Part shown: positions 26,338-26,984 of the stretch, piece after piece | Layout of the letters: each line of letters begins with the position of its first letter | Numbering within the stretch: position 1 is the first letter of the stretch | IMG/VR virus record: IMGVR_UViG_2645727948_000013 | Length of the DNA: 26,984 nucleotides | Strand: one strand, 5' to 3' | Source: a virus | Lineage: Duplodnaviria > Heunggongvirae > Uroviricota > Caudoviricetes | The notes under the pieces: model-generated | Database searches by the model: none | Told to the model about the DNA's origin: nothing | What the model saw: only the letters and a program-made list of their open reading frames with translations | Made by a program: the position numbers and the translations under genes

Positions 26338-26674
26338 TACCCGCCGCAACCAGTTGTTTCTGAACTTCAGCTTTTCGTTCCATTTGCCTGTCAGCATATT
26401 TGGCTTGTTCTGATTCATTTTTCACTTCCTGGCTGTGAAAATGTTGCTCTGCTTTGTTCATCGTCTCAATGGTCTGGTTAAGATCCATTATTGACTTATC
26501 ACGTTCCTTAACAGCCTGATCAAGACTGCCAATTTTCTCGATGGCTTGCTTTAGCTGATGACGTTCCCATGCAAACCCAGCACCAACAAGTGCGCAAATC
26601 AGAACAAGAACACCAGTAGCAGCAAGTTTCTCCTTCAAAGACAAAGCTGTTTTTAACGTAGAAAAGAATGACAT
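26252..26674 (-). CDS. Membrane-anchored coiled-coil periplasmic protein, 140 aa from the SD-supported ATG
   Basis: AGGAGGA SD 5 nt before the ATG at 26674. One N-terminal TM helix (LAATGVLVLICALVGAGFAW) followed by a charged coiled-coil-like region. Confidence 0.55.
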   Translation of the reverse strand: MSFFSTLKTALSLKEKLAATGVLVLICALVGAGFAWERHQLKQAIEKIGSLDQAVKERDKSIMDLNQTIETMNKAEQHFHSQEVKNESEQAKYADRQMERKAEVQKQLVAAGNVRQRIPADTQRLLRESISEFNADADKG

Positions 26675-26763
26675 GTCTTCCTCCTGAAGAAAAATTATCA
26701 ATGAAGTCCTTTGTTACTGTGCCGCTTTGTTTAATTCATCAAGAACAGAATCAGGAACCAAAG

Positions 26764-26838
<75 letters not shown>

Positions 26839-26839
26839 T

Positions 26840-26896
<57 letters not shown>

Positions 26897-26925
26897 CAGA
26901 ACTCGCGCCAGCCTGATTGCAGATA

Positions 26926-26984
26926 TTACTCTTTTTTCTCCGTATCTGCATCGGGTTCATCAGCAAATAGCTTGCCCTGCATCC
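26926..26984 (-). CDS. 3' end of a minus-strand ORF entering from beyond the window (stop at 26926)
   Basis: The frame is open to the window edge, ending ...QGKLFADEPDADTEKKE*. Too short to assess. Confidence 0.2.
   Translation of the reverse strand, partial: MQGKLFADEPDADTEKKE

Overview
The window reads as a contiguous piece of a P1-like temperate phage-plasmid (Punavirus-type). Every functional module appears in the order I recall for phage P1. From 1 to ~11.2 kb (minus strand): the constant N-terminal part of the S tail fibre, a translationally coupled baseplate/tail gene block, a 1130-aa Sit-like injection transglycosylase, and two secreted Sim-like proteins. From 11.2 to 14.7 kb (plus strand): the immI module (C1 operator, c4 region, icd, nested ant1/ant2) followed by the C1-controlled kilA-repL lytic replicon. 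From 14.7 to 15.4 kb: a small membrane protein and a hok/mok type I toxin locus very close to chromosomal HokC/Gef. From 15.4 to 20.8 kb (minus strand): tail tube, sheath and a gp23-like virion protein. From 20.9 to 25.6 kb: the plasmid-maintenance core, with a parS that matches P1 parS as I remember it, parB, parA, an incA-like nine-iteron array, repA, and an oriR carrying five phased iterons, a GATC cluster and a DnaA box. From 25.7 kb to the end: three small minus-strand genes including an overlapping membrane-protein/lipoprotein pair. The best candidate for something undescribed is a 269-aa gene with an N-terminal T5orf172 (GIY-YIG-like) domain wedged between the parA operator and the incA iterons, where I recall P1 having no gene. 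Other points worth a second look are the hok locus inside the phage, a Sit-derived motif in the Sim-like exclusion protein, and the spanin-like overlapping pair next to the origin. All identifications rest on reading the translations and motifs by eye against recalled P1 sequences; no database search was run. The ORF track uses TTG/GTG as well as ATG starts, so several starts were re-placed at RBS-supported ATGs.
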